DNA from: a virus
Length of the DNA stretch: 50,124 nt
Reading direction: 5' to 3' (one strand)
IMG/VR virus record: IMGVR_UViG_3300026288_000005
Location: 1 to 50,124 of that record
Shown: one piece after another, positions 25,923 through 36,054 of the stretch
Layout: every line of letters starts with the position of its first letter
Position numbering within the stretch: position 1 is the first letter of the stretch
The notes under the pieces: model-generated
The model's input: only the letters and a program-made list of their open reading frames with translations
The model's database searches: none
Told to the model about the DNA's origin: nothing
Translations under genes and position numbers: made by a program

Positions 25923-27925
25923 GCGTTCTGCGCTCCAATGTCAAAGGGGTCGCGCGCTTCGATGGGGCGCAGTGACCACGTATTGTTGCGCGCATCGAAC
26001 TCCGCATGTCCCACCAGGAACTGCGCCTCAACCGTTTGCCAGTCCGCCGCCAAAAGCTGCTCGATCTGCACCCAGCGGCCCACCGGCAGCCAGCCGAGCC
26101 AGGTGCGCTGACCGTCGCTACGCTGCAACTTGCCGTCCCTGAGCCAGAGCAGCGGCGCTGCTTCGCTGGCCAGCTCGTAATCAATGACCAATGCCCCCGC
26201 CGGCGTCATACTGGCAATGATGCGCCGGCCTTCGCTGTTGCCCATGCCGATTAGCTGGCGCATCTCCTCGCCGGCTGTGGTCCGCCCATCGCGGACTTTG
26301 CGCGTACGAATGCCAGCCAGGACAGGGGCAAAGACGGCGGTGACCGGACCACCCACCGCCGTGACGATCTCGGCCATCTTCTGCGTGGTGTCCATCACGC
26401 CCCAGATTTTGAAAGGCATGTGTGCGGCGGATGCTCGCGTCTGCCAGGCAGCGCCATCCCACAGACGCAGGTCGCCGCGCTGGTAGGCTGCATCCGTGTC
26501 CAGCGACAGCGAGTAATAGTTATCGACGTTAGCCGATCCCAGGCGCTTGACATTGACCCAATACGCCGCGCCGTTGACCAACTGGACCGGCGTCACCATC
26601 TGCACCGAGCGCCAGGTCTCCGTTTCGGCAGGCACGTTTTCGTGTTCCAAGAGTCCGCTGGCGATGACTGCGCCGGGCAGCCCGCTCGCATCGTTGCGAA
26701 TTTCGACCACCAGATCGTCCGTAGGGGCGCCGTGCTTGGCGATGCTGATTGCCACCTCTCCCGCCAGCCAGGGGCCGTTGACAACCTGGAAGCCCTGGCT
26801 GGTCATCTGCCCGTAGGCGAGCAGCGTCACGCTTGCGCCGGGAATTTCGTCCGCAAGCGCCGTTTCGGTTTCGACGTTGTGCGACTGGTAGATCGTCACC
26901 GCCGGTCCTGCGCTGTCGGAGACGATGGGGGCTGCGCCGTAACCGGACACCTCAACGCCGGCTGCGCTCACTACGTCGGTAGTGAAATAGTAGCCATCAT
27001 TGTTGGGCGAGTTATCGACGTAGAGTCCCTCTTTGGAGCGGATAAAGCCAAGCCCCAGCGCCAAATCTTTGATGTCGTCGGATGGGTCGAAGCTGATGGT
27101 GTTAGCGGCGTAGCTGGACGCGTCGCCCTCGACGGGATTCTTGATGACCTTGGCCCCGTTGTTGCCGGTGGAGCCGCTTACTTTCACCTGGTCGCCTTCG
27201 TCCAAGGCTGCCAGCTTGCCCGCAAAGTCGAGGATGCGATTGTTCGGCGCGCTGACAAAGCCGATGGTGCTGGCGGTATAGCCCCAGCCCAGGAGCACGC
27301 GCCCGCCCCCCGTCTCTTCGTGTGCCTCGTAGCCGGCTGCGTCCTCGTAATAGCGATCATCCAAGGATGCGAACAGGCCGCGGCAATAGAGAGTCGCGGC
27401 ATATTCGCCGCCCGAACCGTCCACGCTCACATTTGGCCCGCTGGCCTTGGCGCACGCCTTGAGCACCGTCAGGCGCATCGCTTCCGCAGCGGCCTTGGTG
27501 ACCTCCCCTCCCGCCGAGTGCAGCGCGTCTTTGCGGCCAAACTCGCCTGCGCTGTTGTCGTCCACCAGCCAGCCAGTCGTCGCCGTGTCGCTGCCGCCAT
27601 CGTCGCCGGTGAAGGAGTAGATGACATTCACCGCATTGAACAGATTTTCGCTGCTGATGCTCACCGTCACGTTGCCCAGGCGCAGCGAGATTTCTTCCAC
27701 GCGGCCGGCCCAGGACAGCCCACCAGGGCCATGGATCTCCACGCCATAGCGCAGCCAGCCGCGCAGGCGATGCAGCGCCGGTTCCGGCCCGCTGGCCTCG
27801 ATTTCGGCGCTGTCATAGCCGCCTTGCGTGCCAGTCGCAAAGCGCAGCACGTCCAGATGCAAGCCGGGCGGCAGGACGACGGGTACGCCGGCGCGCGTGC
27901 GGAGAGCGGCGGTAAAGTCGGCCAT
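25919..27925 (-). CDS. tail tip/baseplate hub-like protein
   Basis: Second gene after tape measure; WAGRVEEI, SAGEFGRK patterns; TAATG coupling. Confidence 0.6.
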   Translation of the reverse strand: MADFTAALRTRAGVPVVLPPGLHLDVLRFATGTQGGYDSAEIEASGPEPALHRLRGWLRYGVEIHGPGGLSWAGRVEEISLRLGNVTVSISSENLFNAVNVIYSFTGDDGGSDTATTGWLVDDNSAGEFGRKDALHSAGGEVTKAAAEAMRLTVLKACAKASGPNVSVDGSGGEYAATLYCRGLFASLDDRYYEDAAGYEAHEETGGGRVLLGWGYTASTIGFVSAPNNRILDFAGKLAALDEGDQVKVSGSTGNNGAKVIKNPVEGDASSYAANTISFDPSDDIKDLALGLGFIRSKEGLYVDNSPNNDGYYFTTDVVSAAGVEVSGYGAAPIVSDSAGPAVTIYQSHNVETETALADEIPGASVTLLAYGQMTSQGFQVVNGPWLAGEVAISIAKHGAPTDDLVVEIRNDASGLPGAVIASGLLEHENVPAETETWRSVQMVTPVQLVNGAAYWVNVKRLGSANVDNYYSLSLDTDAAYQRGDLRLWDGAAWQTRASAAHMPFKIWGVMDTTQKMAEIVTAVGGPVTAVFAPVLAGIRTRKVRDGRTTAGEEMRQLIGMGNSEGRRIIASMTPAGALVIDYELASEAAPLLWLRDGKLQRSDGQRTWLGWLPVGRWVQIEQLLAADWQTVEAQFLVGHAEFDARNNTWSLRPIEARDPFDIGAQNA

Positions 27926-29268
27926 TAGAAGGTGTACCTCCGCGGCCTGTGCCACGCCTTGACGCTGAGCGTCTGCGTGATGGGTGCGCTCAGGTTCAGC
28001 AGTGACCAGGCGAAGTAAACCCGCTGGAGGGTGTTGGGCCACACCAGGAGCGGCATGCCCTGCGGGGCAACTGCCGGCAGTTCGACGCCGCTTGCGCTCA
28101 CATAGGCGCGGCCCGCCGTGGGATCGTCCACCACTTTCCCGCCGTTGGCCACCGTCGCCAGCACCTTCAGCCGACGGAAGGTGGCGGCTGGAAAGAATGC
28201 GAAAAAGTCGGTTTCGCTCGTAATCGTTCCCGTGCCGCGCCAGGTCAGGCGCAGCCGCATGGCCCCCCAGTTGGCTGCGTACCCGCCCGGCGGCAAGGGC
28301 ACAACGCCCAGGTCAGCCAGGGCGGAACTGAGCAGCGGCAGGTGCACCTCGTCGCCTGTCCAGAGCGGAAAGACGCCGGTCGCATCGTAGATGGTTGGCC
28401 GGACGTACACATCCGCCGTAATGACCTTGAAGCGCGCCAGCAGGTGAAAATCAAAGCCCTGGGCGTCCTGCAAGAGCGCCTGCGTCAAGTTGTACTGCTG
28501 CGCGTCGCTGCCCGTAAAAGTGCGCTGCACCATAGCGCCGTTGCTGCACGTGCCGTCGGACACGACGCTCCCGCCGCTCGCCAGGATCGTTTCCGCTTGC
28601 AGCACGTGGCTGAAGTTGGCCGGATCGCTGAAGGCGTTGGTGGACAGCAATATCTGGTCATACTGCACAGCGCCGCCGGTGTTGTTGGTCAGTTCCAAGA
28701 TCAGCGGTGTGGGCAGGCTGCCCAACACATCGGCGGCGGCGAACTGGATATAGCTGTCGTTGCCGGCCCCGCCGTCGTCATGGCTGTACACGGTCAGCCC
28801 GCTCGTGTTGTTTGCGCCGTTCCCGTTAGAGCCTGGAATTTGCACGAGGTCCGTGCGCTCGAACTCCGCCGCGCGGCGGATGGAGAGGCTGACCGTCGGC
28901 GCTTTGTTGGGCCACAGGCGCAGCGTGTCCTCCTGGTCTTCCGGTCTGCACTCGAACAATTCCGCTCGGTACGTGCTGGCGTCGCCGTCCACTTGAACTT
29001 GCCAGTAGACGCGCGGCCCTACGCCCCAGCGCGTGCGGAAGTTCGCCTTGCCAAGCAGCAGGTCAAGGCTGGCCTTGCGTAATTGCACCTGCGCCGTATT
29101 TGCGCCGGTGATGTAGAGCACAATCGTTTCAGCGACGTCAGGCGCCGCAACGCCTTTTTGGATTTCCGGCGCTAGCATGTCGTACTCTTCGACCTGGTAG
29201 CCGTTGGCGGCAGTGAACGTGATGGTCGTCGTCCCATCCGTGACGCTGAATACGTGCGCCATGCTCAA
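27925..29268 (-). CDS. distal tail (Dit-like) protein
   Basis: Directly follows tape measure; ends WHRPRRY. Confidence 0.6.
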   Translation of the reverse strand: MSMAHVFSVTDGTTTITFTAANGYQVEEYDMLAPEIQKGVAAPDVAETIVLYITGANTAQVQLRKASLDLLLGKANFRTRWGVGPRVYWQVQVDGDASTYRAELFECRPEDQEDTLRLWPNKAPTVSLSIRRAAEFERTDLVQIPGSNGNGANNTSGLTVYSHDDGGAGNDSYIQFAAADVLGSLPTPLILELTNNTGGAVQYDQILLSTNAFSDPANFSHVLQAETILASGGSVVSDGTCSNGAMVQRTFTGSDAQQYNLTQALLQDAQGFDFHLLARFKVITADVYVRPTIYDATGVFPLWTGDEVHLPLLSSALADLGVVPLPPGGYAANWGAMRLRLTWRGTGTITSETDFFAFFPAATFRRLKVLATVANGGKVVDDPTAGRAYVSASGVELPAVAPQGMPLLVWPNTLQRVYFAWSLLNLSAPITQTLSVKAWHRPRRYTF

Positions 29269-32200
29269 CTACCCCTTTGAATCAACTGGACGGCGCGCCG
29301 GGCGGCCTGCTCCGCCATCAGCTTGTCGTTGACGATAAACGTCTGGTTGACCACGGTGGGCCGCTGCCCGCCAGCCCGCATCCGGCGCGTGGTCGGCGCG
29401 TCATAGATACGCGAGCCGCCGGGCAGGTTGACCAGTTCCGGCCCGTATTCGCCTGTCACCGTCCAGCCGCCGCGCCAGTTGGCCGAACCCAGCGCATTGC
29501 CGGGCGGCGGCGCGGCGGGCAGCGTTGTGCCGGCGTCTCCTGTCGGCGGCGGCGGCGCGGCTTCGGCCATGAAGGATTTCCAGCCGTTGAAGTAGTTGTA
29601 CGCGCCGGCCTTGCCCGCGTCTTCCAGGGCGGCGACATTCTCCGGCACGCCAGTGGCCGTCACTACCGCCTGGGCCATGCCGCCCACTGCCGCCGCCGCC
29701 GTATTGGCGTCGCCGAACCCCTGCCCGATGGCCCCAAACGCCGCAACGCCGGCGGATTTCATGGCGTCGGACTCGCCGGCCTTGCCGAACACGCTGGCCA
29801 GTCCCGCGCCCAGGGCGTCGGCCTGCTCTTGCATGTTCTCGTCGGTGATGCCGAACAGGGCCATGATGTTGGCCTTGCCCTGCGCCTCTTTCTGCTGCTG
29901 CTCAATGGCGGCCTTGACCGCATCCTGGTTGATGAGGTCCAGGTTCTGTGCGTTGGCGAAAAGCGAAGAATCGTTCCAGGCGCTCTTGAACAGTTCCAGG
30001 ATCACGTTGGCGGGCAGGTTCGGATCAATGCCGGCGCGGGCTGCGGCGTCCTTGACGTCCACATTCGCCCAGTCCACGCCGTTGAGCACCTCGTCCGACA
30101 ACTGGCGCACGTAGTCGTCGGCAAAGTTTTGCGGAACGCCAAGCGCCGCCATCTTCATCTGGTCGCCCGTGACGGAGCTTGTTCCGAACAGGCCGGGGAC
30201 GCCCTGTAGCGCACTCTGGAACGCGCCGTTGACCTCCTCCGCCGTTTCCTGGAAGGCGTCGCTGGTCTGCTCGGCAGCCTGCTGCATGGCCGCCGTGCCC
30301 TTGCGCGTGAAGTCCTGCCAGCCGAGCGATTGCTCACGCGTCTTTGGCCCCATCTGCGCAGCCGGCTTCTCAACCCAAAGCCCCACTGCACTCAGGCTGC
30401 GCTTGAGCCAGCCGGGAATCTCGGTCGTGCCCTCGGCAAGGTTGCCGATCAGTTTTTTGGAGTTGGCATTGCTCAGAATTTGCGCGCCCTTGGGCAAATT
30501 CAGCAGTTCCGGCCCTTCTTCGCCTACCCACGTCCAGCCGCCGCGCCAGTAGTCGGTGCCGGCTGCGTTGTTGCCGTAATAGGCGCGCACATCGTCAGCG
30601 AAGCCGGGATTATCCCATCCGCCCAGCCCGCTGCCGGCAGTGTTGCGCACGCCCATCTGCGGGCCGTAAACGCTGTTGCCGGGGCCGTATTTGGGGTCTT
30701 CGTAACGAGATACAATTTGGGGCTGCACCTGGACGGTGTAAATCTTGCTCCATAAATCGCCCCAGTCGAACGAAGTTAATGCCGCGGCGACACTGTAGAC
30801 TTTATCCCAAATGTCACCCCAACTAAACGGGTCGGCCTTAACGCTAATGCTGCGCTCCTGGGTCAGTTCATCGCCCCAATCCACTTCTGCTTGGGGCGAA
30901 AATACGGGCTTCCAGGAGTCAAAAGTCACCTGCCATTTACGCTTGTATTCTTCCCAATCAATGTTTTCGCCAATCTGCTTGCCCAGGTCGAAGCCTGTGC
31001 CAAAACCCGTCTTCGGAGCGTCAGCGAAATCAATAACCGGCTTGAGTTTGACGGCCCAATCATTGAAGTTGAGCAACGCCATAAGGCCGTCGATTGCGCC
31101 CTCTGACCAGCCGGCCTTTACCAGTATCTTTTTCTGCTCTGCGTCGTCCTCTGTCCAGTCGGCGGCAATCAGACTGCCAATAGTGCCTTCCTTCCAGTCG
31201 GCCACTAGTTGCACAGGCGGCAGGCTGTCGGTCGTATCGGCGTCGATGCTGATAACCTGCGCTTCGGCGTCAACCTTGAACAGCCCGCCGTCCTTGTTGG
31301 TGATCGTCGTAGCGGTAGCCGTTACGTCAATCGTCAGCCCGCCGTCCGGCGTCTTGAGTGTGGTGACTTCCGGCGAAATTTTGACGTCGAACGCATAGTC
31401 ACCCGCCGCCGCCGCCGCCTGGAGGGCAACTAGCCAGCCGGGAGCGCCTTTGTCGAGCAGCGGCCCTATCGCCGCGTCGATGCGCTCCATTGCCGTCGCA
31501 GCCGATTCGAGTCCGTCGGCAGTAAAGCCGCCGAGAGTTGCCCCCCAGTTCTCTACGCCGGCCCGAAACTCAGGCGCGGTGAGGATGCCAACAACACCCT
31601 CTATGTAAGGCTGCGCCGCCTGGAACGCGCCCGAAAAGAGGTCACGGCTGAGCAGCCCGCCCATCTCTTCCAGCGTGGACAGCAGACCGGACATGGAGCC
31701 GGCAGCAGCGGCCCCGGCGCCGGCGTACAGCTTCTCGGTGTCCTTGAGGATCGCTTCAATCGCAAAATTGGCGTCGATAGCGCCCTTGGAGATGGCTTCA
31801 GGCAGTTCCTTGCCAGTCTTGCCCGTGGCGTCGCCGAGGATGCGCATGGTGTCGATGCCGGATTCGGTCAGCTGGTTGACCTCTTCCATCGACAGCTTGC
31901 CCTTGGTGCGAATTTGTCCAAGCGCACGCGAAATGCGCTCCATCGACTCGCCGCCGGCCCCAGTTGCCGTGCTGAAATTCAGCATGGCCTGGGTAAGCCG
32001 CTGTGCTTCGGCGGTATTGAAACCTAGCGCCATCGACAGCCGGAAGGCGTTGGCTACGTCCTCCTGCTTGAACGGGCTTTCGATGGCGAGCTTTTGAATC
32101 CAATCAAGCAACTCCTTGGATTTGCCTGCCGTCTGCCCGAGCGCCGCCTGCATCGACGACGCCTGTCCCGTCAGCAGCGCCTCTTTCGCCGCCAGGCTGT

Positions 32201-32414
32201 TGATGGATGTGCCCAGCCGCTCGTAGCTGGCGTAGGCGTCCAGGGCGCTGCGCGCCGCGCCCGCCAGAGCGTTCGTAGCCCCGCCCAGTACGTTGGCGAT
32301 GCTGACGCCGGCTGCGATTTTGCCGATGTCGCCAAGCGCGCTGCCGACGCCCTTCAGCGCGCCAGAGGCTTTGTCGATGCCCTCGATTATGATTCGGAGC
32401 TTGTAGTCGGCCAC
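29265..32414 (-). CDS. tail tape measure protein
   Basis: KLAIESPF..RISRALGQIRTKGKLSMEEVNQL domain; Ala/Gly-rich; VGEEGPEL motifs; start placed at GTG 32414. Confidence 0.9.
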   Translation of the reverse strand: MADYKLRIIIEGIDKASGALKGVGSALGDIGKIAAGVSIANVLGGATNALAGAARSALDAYASYERLGTSINSLAAKEALLTGQASSMQAALGQTAGKSKELLDWIQKLAIESPFKQEDVANAFRLSMALGFNTAEAQRLTQAMLNFSTATGAGGESMERISRALGQIRTKGKLSMEEVNQLTESGIDTMRILGDATGKTGKELPEAISKGAIDANFAIEAILKDTEKLYAGAGAAAAGSMSGLLSTLEEMGGLLSRDLFSGAFQAAQPYIEGVVGILTAPEFRAGVENWGATLGGFTADGLESAATAMERIDAAIGPLLDKGAPGWLVALQAAAAAGDYAFDVKISPEVTTLKTPDGGLTIDVTATATTITNKDGGLFKVDAEAQVISIDADTTDSLPPVQLVADWKEGTIGSLIAADWTEDDAEQKKILVKAGWSEGAIDGLMALLNFNDWAVKLKPVIDFADAPKTGFGTGFDLGKQIGENIDWEEYKRKWQVTFDSWKPVFSPQAEVDWGDELTQERSISVKADPFSWGDIWDKVYSVAAALTSFDWGDLWSKIYTVQVQPQIVSRYEDPKYGPGNSVYGPQMGVRNTAGSGLGGWDNPGFADDVRAYYGNNAAGTDYWRGGWTWVGEEGPELLNLPKGAQILSNANSKKLIGNLAEGTTEIPGWLKRSLSAVGLWVEKPAAQMGPKTREQSLGWQDFTRKGTAAMQQAAEQTSDAFQETAEEVNGAFQSALQGVPGLFGTSSVTGDQMKMAALGVPQNFADDYVRQLSDEVLNGVDWANVDVKDAAARAGIDPNLPANVILELFKSAWNDSSLFANAQNLDLINQDAVKAAIEQQQKEAQGKANIMALFGITDENMQEQADALGAGLASVFGKAGESDAMKSAGVAAFGAIGQGFGDANTAAAAVGGMAQAVVTATGVPENVAALEDAGKAGAYNYFNGWKSFMAEAAPPPPTGDAGTTLPAAPPPGNALGSANWRGGWTVTGEYGPELVNLPGGSRIYDAPTTRRMRAGGQRPTVVNQTFIVNDKLMAEQAARRAVQLIQRGS

Positions 32415-32423
32415 GTTCCCGGT

Positions 32424-32579
32424 TCCAGGCAAACAAAAACGGCGCTGACCTGGAACCTCCGAAGAAGTCCAGATCAGCGCCGTGTATCCTACGTTTCACG
32501 TCGCGTCAGCCGGTGTGGTGGCCGGCCCTGCGTCTGTTTAGTTGCCTACCAGTATAAGGCAGGAGTAAGGCAAAGTCAA
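32424..32579 (-). promoter_or_regulatory. promoter-structured leader-terminator unit, copy A
   Basis: TTGACT-17-TATACT; about 110-nt leader ending ACGGCGCTG..TTCG..CAGCGCCGTTTTTGTTT; homologous to 40088-40241. Confidence 0.8.
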
Positions 32580-32590
32580 CGGATAGGCGG

Positions 32591-33283
32591 TCAGTCTGCC
32601 GGCTGCACCTCCAACCACATCGCCGTTAGCGCCGGGAGCGTCACTTCATTGCCTAGCACTGCCTCGTAGGTGACGCGTCCATTCACCAATGCCACCATCT
32701 TCACGTTGTCACCCTCTAGCACGCGTGCCTTGCCGTAATCGGGATACTGGACAAACACCGTTTGCCCGAAGTTGCCGTCCACGTTGACGCGCATCTGCGC
32801 TTCATTATCATTCTCGATCACCTGGATGACTTTGCCGGCCACATTCAGGTATTTGCCCTCATGCTGCTCTGTGTTGCGTGCCAAGTCATCGAAGGGAATG
32901 GAGACGGCGCGCTGCTGTAGTTGGGCGGACGTCAGGGTAGGGGCAGGTGTTGCCCGCCGTGCCGTGTTGGACGCGTCCGCTCCATCCTTGGTTGGAAAGC
33001 ACGTCCCAAACAGAATGGCCGCCATTGCTAGCACAACAACAATGCCAATTACCTGAAAGCATCCGCGCCAGAAGCTAGGCTTTTCCCTTGTGAAAGACGG
33101 TTTCCTGTCGAAGCTGGTCCCAGGCTGTGGACTCTTTGGCAATTCAATCGGGCGTTGTGCAAAAGGGATATCCTGAACCGCCAAATCGCGCCCACAGTAG
33201 CGGCAAACAATCGCCGCCGCCTTGATCGTCTCCGCGCAAAATGGACACGCCTTAGTGTCGCCGGACTCAGGGGACTCACTCAT
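32591..33283 (-). CDS. moron-like membrane protein: Zn ribbon, TM helix, OB-fold-like domain
   Basis: CPFCAE..CRYC; one TM; FDDLARN..GKVIQV..EGDNV; candidate own promoter TTGATT-18-TATGAT at 33338-33367. Confidence 0.75.
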   Translation of the reverse strand: MSESPESGDTKACPFCAETIKAAAIVCRYCGRDLAVQDIPFAQRPIELPKSPQPGTSFDRKPSFTREKPSFWRGCFQVIGIVVVLAMAAILFGTCFPTKDGADASNTARRATPAPTLTSAQLQQRAVSIPFDDLARNTEQHEGKYLNVAGKVIQVIENDNEAQMRVNVDGNFGQTVFVQYPDYGKARVLEGDNVKMVALVNGRVTYEAVLGNEVTLPALTAMWLEVQPAD

Positions 33284-33363
33284 ATGATTTTTGCCTTTGA
33301 TTTTGCGTTAGGTTAAAGATGAAGAAGCAATAGGGTTATCATACAACGAGACACGGCAGGGAA

Positions 33364-33602
33364 TCAATCCTCTGCCGTGTCTGGAACTGCCGTGTCGCGC
33401 TTTTCAGCGACGCGTTGTCGCGCCGTCGCCTTCTCGTCCTCCCAGACGCGCCATCGCTCCCACCACAACTGCGACGCCTCATCCTCGACCTGCCAGGGCG
33501 GAACTCCCCATAATTCGGCAGCTTGCAGCACCTGCACCCAGCCGGGATACTGGCGAGATTTGCCGTCCAGCCAGTAGCGAATCAGGCGTCGTTCGGAGGG
33601 TC
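33364..33602 (-). CDS. tail assembly chaperone extension (gpT-like), probably reached by -1 frameshift
   Basis: Open frame ..RLIRYWLDG..AAELWGVPPW..WWERW overlapping the upstream stop. Confidence 0.6.
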
Positions 33603-33908
33603 CACCGCCTTGGCGTGCCCCTTGGCCGCACCCTCCGGCGCGCTGCCCATCAGCGCAGCGACGATGCCCTGCATGTCGGCTTGCGACAGGTCGGCAATCG
33701 CCTCATAGGGGTCAACGCCCGCCGGCGCTTCGATATAGCCCTTGGCGATGACGTACCCGGTAATCTTCTCCCACATGTCACTCGGTGACTGGCTGGCGTC
33801 GATGATGGCCCGCACCTCGCGTAGCCGGCGTAGAAAGCCGCGTTCGTCGCGGCCGGGCAGGCGAATTGTCACCTCGATTGCTTCGGTCGATTCGGTTGCT
33901 TCGCTCAT
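33582..33908 (-). CDS. tail assembly chaperone (gpG-like)
   Basis: Between tail tube and tape measure; ends VDPPNDA. Confidence 0.7.
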   Translation of the reverse strand: MSEATESTEAIEVTIRLPGRDERGFLRRLREVRAIIDASQSPSDMWEKITGYVIAKGYIEAPAGVDPYEAIADLSQADMQGIVAALMGSAPEGAAKGHAKAVDPPNDA

Positions 33909-33915
33909 ACCATCC

Positions 33916-34893
33916 TCATGCCAGCGTCGCCACGGCGTTGGAGATCTGCGCCTTGAACCAGTTGGCAAACGTTCCGTGATAGGTTCTTCGCAGTTTGAAA
34001 CTCGCCGCCACGACGCCATCGTCGTCCTCGAAGATGCCCGGCACCTCGTTGACTGTGCCGGCGTACTGGAGCTTCAGCGTCTTGTTTGTGCCGCCGCTGA
34101 AGTTGACTTCAAACTGGCGCTTGGCCGCCGCGCCGCCAACCATCTCATCAATCAGCGCCTTGCTGACGCCATTCCATTCCAGCAGCAAATCGAGCGTGCT
34201 GTCCCACGGCTTGGTCAGATAGCTCGACGCGGCCAGACTGCCGACGCAGTAGCGGTTCTGGCGATTGGCGTTGATGGTCAAGGTCAGGCTACGCAGCGAA
34301 CACTTGGCGAGCGCCGTGCCACCCATCGTGCCGGCCCACGTGTCAAGAAACATCGTAGTCACATCGGCGGGCATGATGGGAACGACGGTGCGCACGGCCA
34401 GAGCGCCGGCCAGCGTTGTGGGATCAACGGAGGAGCCAAGCAACTCGACGCTGAACGTCGTCTCTGCGCCGACTTCCATCTTGAAGGTGAACGTGTTGCC
34501 CACGCCGCCGATAAGCCGGTACGCGCCGACGTTCGATTCGCCATGCACCAAGGACAGCATGCGCGGCGTAGGCAGTGTCGAGATGGGCGCGGCGTAGGCA
34601 CGCGAGTAGCCAGGCCCTGCCCCCGGCGTCGCCTCGCCAAACGTGGTGTCCAACCAGTAGGGCAGGTCCTCGTAGGACACCCACCCATCGACGTTGGCCC
34701 CACCGCCGTTGCGCAGGATCACCGGCGTATCGCCGCCGGACAGGTTCAGGGTCAAGTCATCCAGGACCTTGATCTCCTGGTCGGGCGCGATCTTGCAGCC
34801 GGTCAGGCCGCGCAGCAGCACGGTTGGCGTGACGCCCGTTTCCCAGGCCGACTGCTTGCCGGCCTGCACGCGTAGCTCAGAAGTTTGAGCCAT
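33916..34893 (-). CDS. major tail tube protein
   Basis: GKQSAWETGVTPT start; size and position. Confidence 0.75.
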   Translation of the reverse strand: MAQTSELRVQAGKQSAWETGVTPTVLLRGLTGCKIAPDQEIKVLDDLTLNLSGGDTPVILRNGGGANVDGWVSYEDLPYWLDTTFGEATPGAGPGYSRAYAAPISTLPTPRMLSLVHGESNVGAYRLIGGVGNTFTFKMEVGAETTFSVELLGSSVDPTTLAGALAVRTVVPIMPADVTTMFLDTWAGTMGGTALAKCSLRSLTLTINANRQNRYCVGSLAASSYLTKPWDSTLDLLLEWNGVSKALIDEMVGGAAAKRQFEVNFSGGTNKTLKLQYAGTVNEVPGIFEDDDGVVAASFKLRRTYHGTFANWFKAQISNAVATLA

Positions 34894-34895
34894 GA

Positions 34896-35210
34896 TCAAT
34901 CACCGCCTTTGGCGTCCTTGCCCTGGGTGGGCTTGCCCTGCTCACTCTTGGCAGGTTCCGCCTTGTTGTTCGCCTTGACCTCAGCGGGCTCGGCGGCTTC
35001 ATCCTGCGCCGCCGCCTTGACCTCGGCGGCATCTTCAGGATCTCCCAGTTCGTACAGGCCGCTCCCCAGAGCCAGTACGCGCAGATCGGCGTCGAGCGCG
35101 TTCCATTCTTCGGCGTCCATATCCTTCATGGGCACGCCGGGGATGTAGCCGATGTTGGCCCCTACATAGCGCACGGTTTCACCCGGCTTGGCGTTGCGTC
35201 TTGCGGTCAT
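34896..35210 (-). CDS. hypothetical protein
   Basis: GGAGGT SD, ATGA overlap; YVG..IPGVP..D..GLYE. Confidence 0.6.
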   Translation of the reverse strand: MTARRNAKPGETVRYVGANIGYIPGVPMKDMDAEEWNALDADLRVLALGSGLYELGDPEDAAEVKAAAQDEAAEPAEVKANNKAEPAKSEQGKPTQGKDAKGGD

Positions 35211-35647
35211 TGCTTTACCTCCACATCGAACGTGATCAACTCTCGAAGATATTCCACGCCGCCGATGACAACCGGATTGGGTTGCGTTGGGGCGGCGTAC
35301 TTGATTTGCGTCCATGCCTCACTGCGACTGTTTGCCGCCGTCACCTCTGCAATGATGGCCTCGATTTCGTCCAGGGTGTCTTCGGCGTTGCCCTCCGTCC
35401 AGCCCGACGCCGGATCGGCGTAGAGCACGAAGATGAAGACCAGCAACTGGAAGGCCGCTTTGGTGCAGCCGAACCCGTCCGCCACATGCTCGATTGGTCC
35501 GCTCGTCACTGCCACGACCGGCGATTGCCCGGCAAAGTCGCCGCGCCGGTAGGGGTAGACCGCCTGCGCCGGCAACCCTGGGCCAACCAGCGCCGGCCCC
35601 AGCAGTTCGGCCAGCTTGAGGCGGGCGGTCTTGCGCGGCGCGGTCAC
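35207..35647 (-). CDS. tail terminator/completion-like protein
   Basis: Position; AEDTLDEIEAII helix. Confidence 0.6.
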   Translation of the reverse strand: MTAPRKTARLKLAELLGPALVGPGLPAQAVYPYRRGDFAGQSPVVAVTSGPIEHVADGFGCTKAAFQLLVFIFVLYADPASGWTEGNAEDTLDEIEAIIAEVTAANSRSEAWTQIKYAAPTQPNPVVIGGVEYLRELITFDVEVKQ

Positions 35648-36054
35648 GGCAGGTTCCTGCGCAGATAGGTTTCTGCCGCATTAGCTGCCGCCTGCCCGTC
35701 TTCGCTGACCGTGCGGGCATAGAAGGCATGCGAGCCGCCGCGCCGCTCCTCGTAGATGCCATACTCTGCCGGGCTTTTCAGCGAAATCGGATTGACCACC
35801 CCAGGGTTAGGGTAAATCACCGCCCGCGCGCCGCTCTGGTCGATGCTGTGCGACTCCTGCAGCGCGCCTGTCCAGACGTGGGAGATTCGGACGGCATAGG
35901 CGCTGAGATGTTGCGCCGCGACATTGATGGCCCCGCCCAACTCTCCGGCGGCCTGCGCGGCCCTGGCTGCATCTTCCAACGCCTGCTCTACGGCCTCAAT
36001 TCCGTAGATGCGCAGTCCTGGAATAGCAGACGGAGCAAACTTGGGCGTCGTCAT
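35644..36054 (-). CDS. HK97 gp10-like neck/tail completion protein
   Basis: HVWTGALQESH..YGIYEE..HAF motifs. Confidence 0.65.
   Translation of the reverse strand: MTTPKFAPSAIPGLRIYGIEAVEQALEDAARAAQAAGELGGAINVAAQHLSAYAVRISHVWTGALQESHSIDQSGARAVIYPNPGVVNPISLKSPAEYGIYEERRGGSHAFYARTVSEDGQAAANAAETYLRRNLP

Noticed and set aside
32424..32550. Known riboswitch (c-di-GMP, SAM, T-box) or tRNA
   Set aside because: Their consensus motifs or a cloverleaf were not found by eye; an Rfam search is still needed
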